Part shown: piece after piece, positions 40,603 through 42,324 of the stretch | Layout of the letters: every line of letters starts with the position of its first letter | Numbering within the stretch: the stretch's first letter is position 1 | Assembly (NCBI GenBank): GCA_049999805.1 | Contig: JBNGIO010006081.1 | Location: forward strand, 141,327 to 183,650 | Origin: Folioceros fuciformis | Taxonomy: Eukaryota | Direction of reading: 5' to 3' | DNA length: 42,324 nt | The notes under the pieces: model-generated | Told to the model about the DNA's origin: nothing | Seen by the model: only the letters and a program-made list of their open reading frames with translations | Database searches by the model: none | Program-made: the position numbers and the translations under genes

Positions 40603-42181
40603 GGTGAATTCAATATACCGCGAGAACTAAGTAGTAAGAAGAAATTATCTTTGACGATGGGGCAAAAGAAAGAAATAATATTATACAAAGATGCTCATAG
40701 TGGAGCTACTAATCGAGAGGTTATTGCTTGGGCTTCTCATCAATTCAGCATGCCAGTTTCTGCTATGACCATAGGTCGAATTTTCAAGAAGGAGGATGAG
40801 TTTCGAAACATAAAGGATCATGAAGCTAACTCTAAACGAAGTAAGAATATATTTCATCCCAAGGTTGAGGAGGCTTTGTTTTCATGGTTTGTGACAATGG
40901 AAGGAAATGTCACTATCTCTGACGATATGTTGTGTGAAATGGGAAAACAGTTCTTTGATAGGTTATGAGAAGCAGAAAGGTTGGAAAAAACACAAACATT
41001 TTCTCATGGTTGGGTAGCAAAGTTTAAACATCGACATGGCATCAAAGGTTTTGTGAAGCATGGAGAAGCTGCAAGTGCCAATACATCGCAGGTGGTCCAA
41101 GATAGAATGGAAGACATTAAAAGTATCATGCGAGGATACGAGCCTCAGGATATTTTTAACATGGATGAAACAAGGTTTTTCTACAGATTGGAACCGAACA
41201 AAACATTGGCAACGAAGAGGCTGAGCGGGAAGAAAACTCCAAAGGAAAGGCTAACTGTTGCTTTAACAACCAATATGGATGGTAGTTATAAATTACCACC
41301 CTTTGTGATCAACAAATTCTTGAGGCCCAGAGCTTTTACCAATTGCAACATTGGACGAGTGGAGAATTTGGGTATTCGTTGGTCAGCAAACTCAAATGCT
41401 TGGATGTCAGTGGCTTTATTTGAGCAATTTATTCTCTTTTCTGATGCGAACATGAGAGTTAGGGGCCGTAATAATGTCTTGCTTCTTTTGGATAATGCTC
41501 CTGTTCATAAACTATCAGCTGAGACACAAAGTAAGCTTCAAATTACAACGGTTGAATTTTTTCCTCCTAATGTTACGACTTGTTACCAACCCATGGATGC
41601 AGGCATTATACAGTCTTTTAAGGCCAGTTACAGGAAAAGGCTTGTTCAGCATCAAATCCAAGAGATTCAAAATGGTAATTCTCCTCTTATTCATGTATAT
41701 CATGCTATGACTATGTTGGAAAAAGGTTGGCGTATCGATGTTAAAGGGAAAATCATTAGAAATTGTTGGAAACACTCTAGGTTATGGTAGGAGAGAGCAA
41801 GTGCTAGCATGTCGGAAATCAACTTAGTTTTGAGACATGGAATGCTAACAGTGATGATGAGCAACAACAAGACAACGAAGCAACACGTGAAGATTTGTTC
41901 AATAGAGATTACGCAGAAATAGAAGGGTTCAATAGCTTCTTTGTCAGCTGAGGAATTTAGGACTTGGCACAACAGGATTGACCCCTACTATGTCTGCACA
42001 AGAATTTGTTGATTATGAGGTGACAAATGCATGTGCTATCTTTTCTACTCCGGATGCAGATGATATATGGGCTTCTGTTCAACCTCCACCCGAAAATGAA
42101 GTTATCGATGTTGAAAATTCTTTTGAAGAATATTATGAAGAAAGTCTTTTGAAGAATATTATGAAGAAAGGCCTATTTTAG
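40603..42181 (+). pseudogene. pogo/Tigger-type transposase (CENP-B HTH + DDE_1), inactivated
   Basis: SLTMGQKKEII, HPKVEEALFSWF, FSHGWVAKFKHRHGI, IFNMDET, KERLTVAL, NAWMS, LLLDNAPVH, PPNVT..YQPMDAGII.SFK..YR, IIRNCWKH. In-frame TGA at 40966, TAG at 41788 and frameshifts downstream. Acceptor tag| at 40602. Confidence 0.92.
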
Positions 42182-42324
42182 GTCGTGCTCAAGTAGAAGA
42201 TGCATAAAACATGTATAATATATTTTATATTTAAATATTTTCAATAAATTTAATAATTTTATTTTTAATAAATACTTAAATTCTCTATATATTACACCTC
42301 CTTAAATGTTACCCAATGCCCTAC

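Larger units (their letters stand above)
39301..42324 (+). mobile_element. pogo-family (Lemi1/Emigrant-like) Tc1/mariner DNA transposon, right end outside window
   Basis: TA|CAGTCCACCCTCTGTAAATGT left terminus resembles the Emigrant/Lemi1 TIR CAGTAAAACCTCTATAAATT. Subterminal cctctataaatgtt repeats at 39387 and 39445, a related cctccttaaatgtt at about 42297, and an internal transposase. Confidence 0.85.

Overview
This is eukaryotic nuclear DNA from a land plant with a compact genome (spliceosomal introns mostly 70-200 nt, short intergenic spaces). It is probably a seed-free lineage such as a lycophyte or hornwort, but that is inference. In order, the window holds a decayed PIF/Harbinger transposon (Myb/SANT ORF plus DDE transposase), an LRR-XIV (At2g16250-like) receptor kinase, a DUF2993/LmeA-like gene, and an SLC25A44-like mitochondrial carrier. 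Next come a solo-LTR-like insertion with non-canonical AG...CT ends, an IAH1/CPRD49-like SGNH esterase, and the molybdenum cofactor sulfurase ABA3 (two U12-type introns and one GC-AG intron). These are followed by an orphan UBA-domain gene, lipid phosphate phosphatase epsilon, an apparently intronless cytochrome b561, a TDY (group D) MAP kinase, tRNA-Lys(CUU) and a ZHOUPI/bHLH95-like transcription factor. The window ends in a Lemi1/Emigrant-like pogo DNA transposon that runs off the right edge. Exon models were read by eye from splice signals and frame continuity. I found no clear multi-gene novel system. The best leads are the AG...CT solo LTR, the ZHOUPI homologue, the cyanobacterial-type DUF2993 gene, the orphan UBA protein and the minor-spliceosome introns in ABA3.
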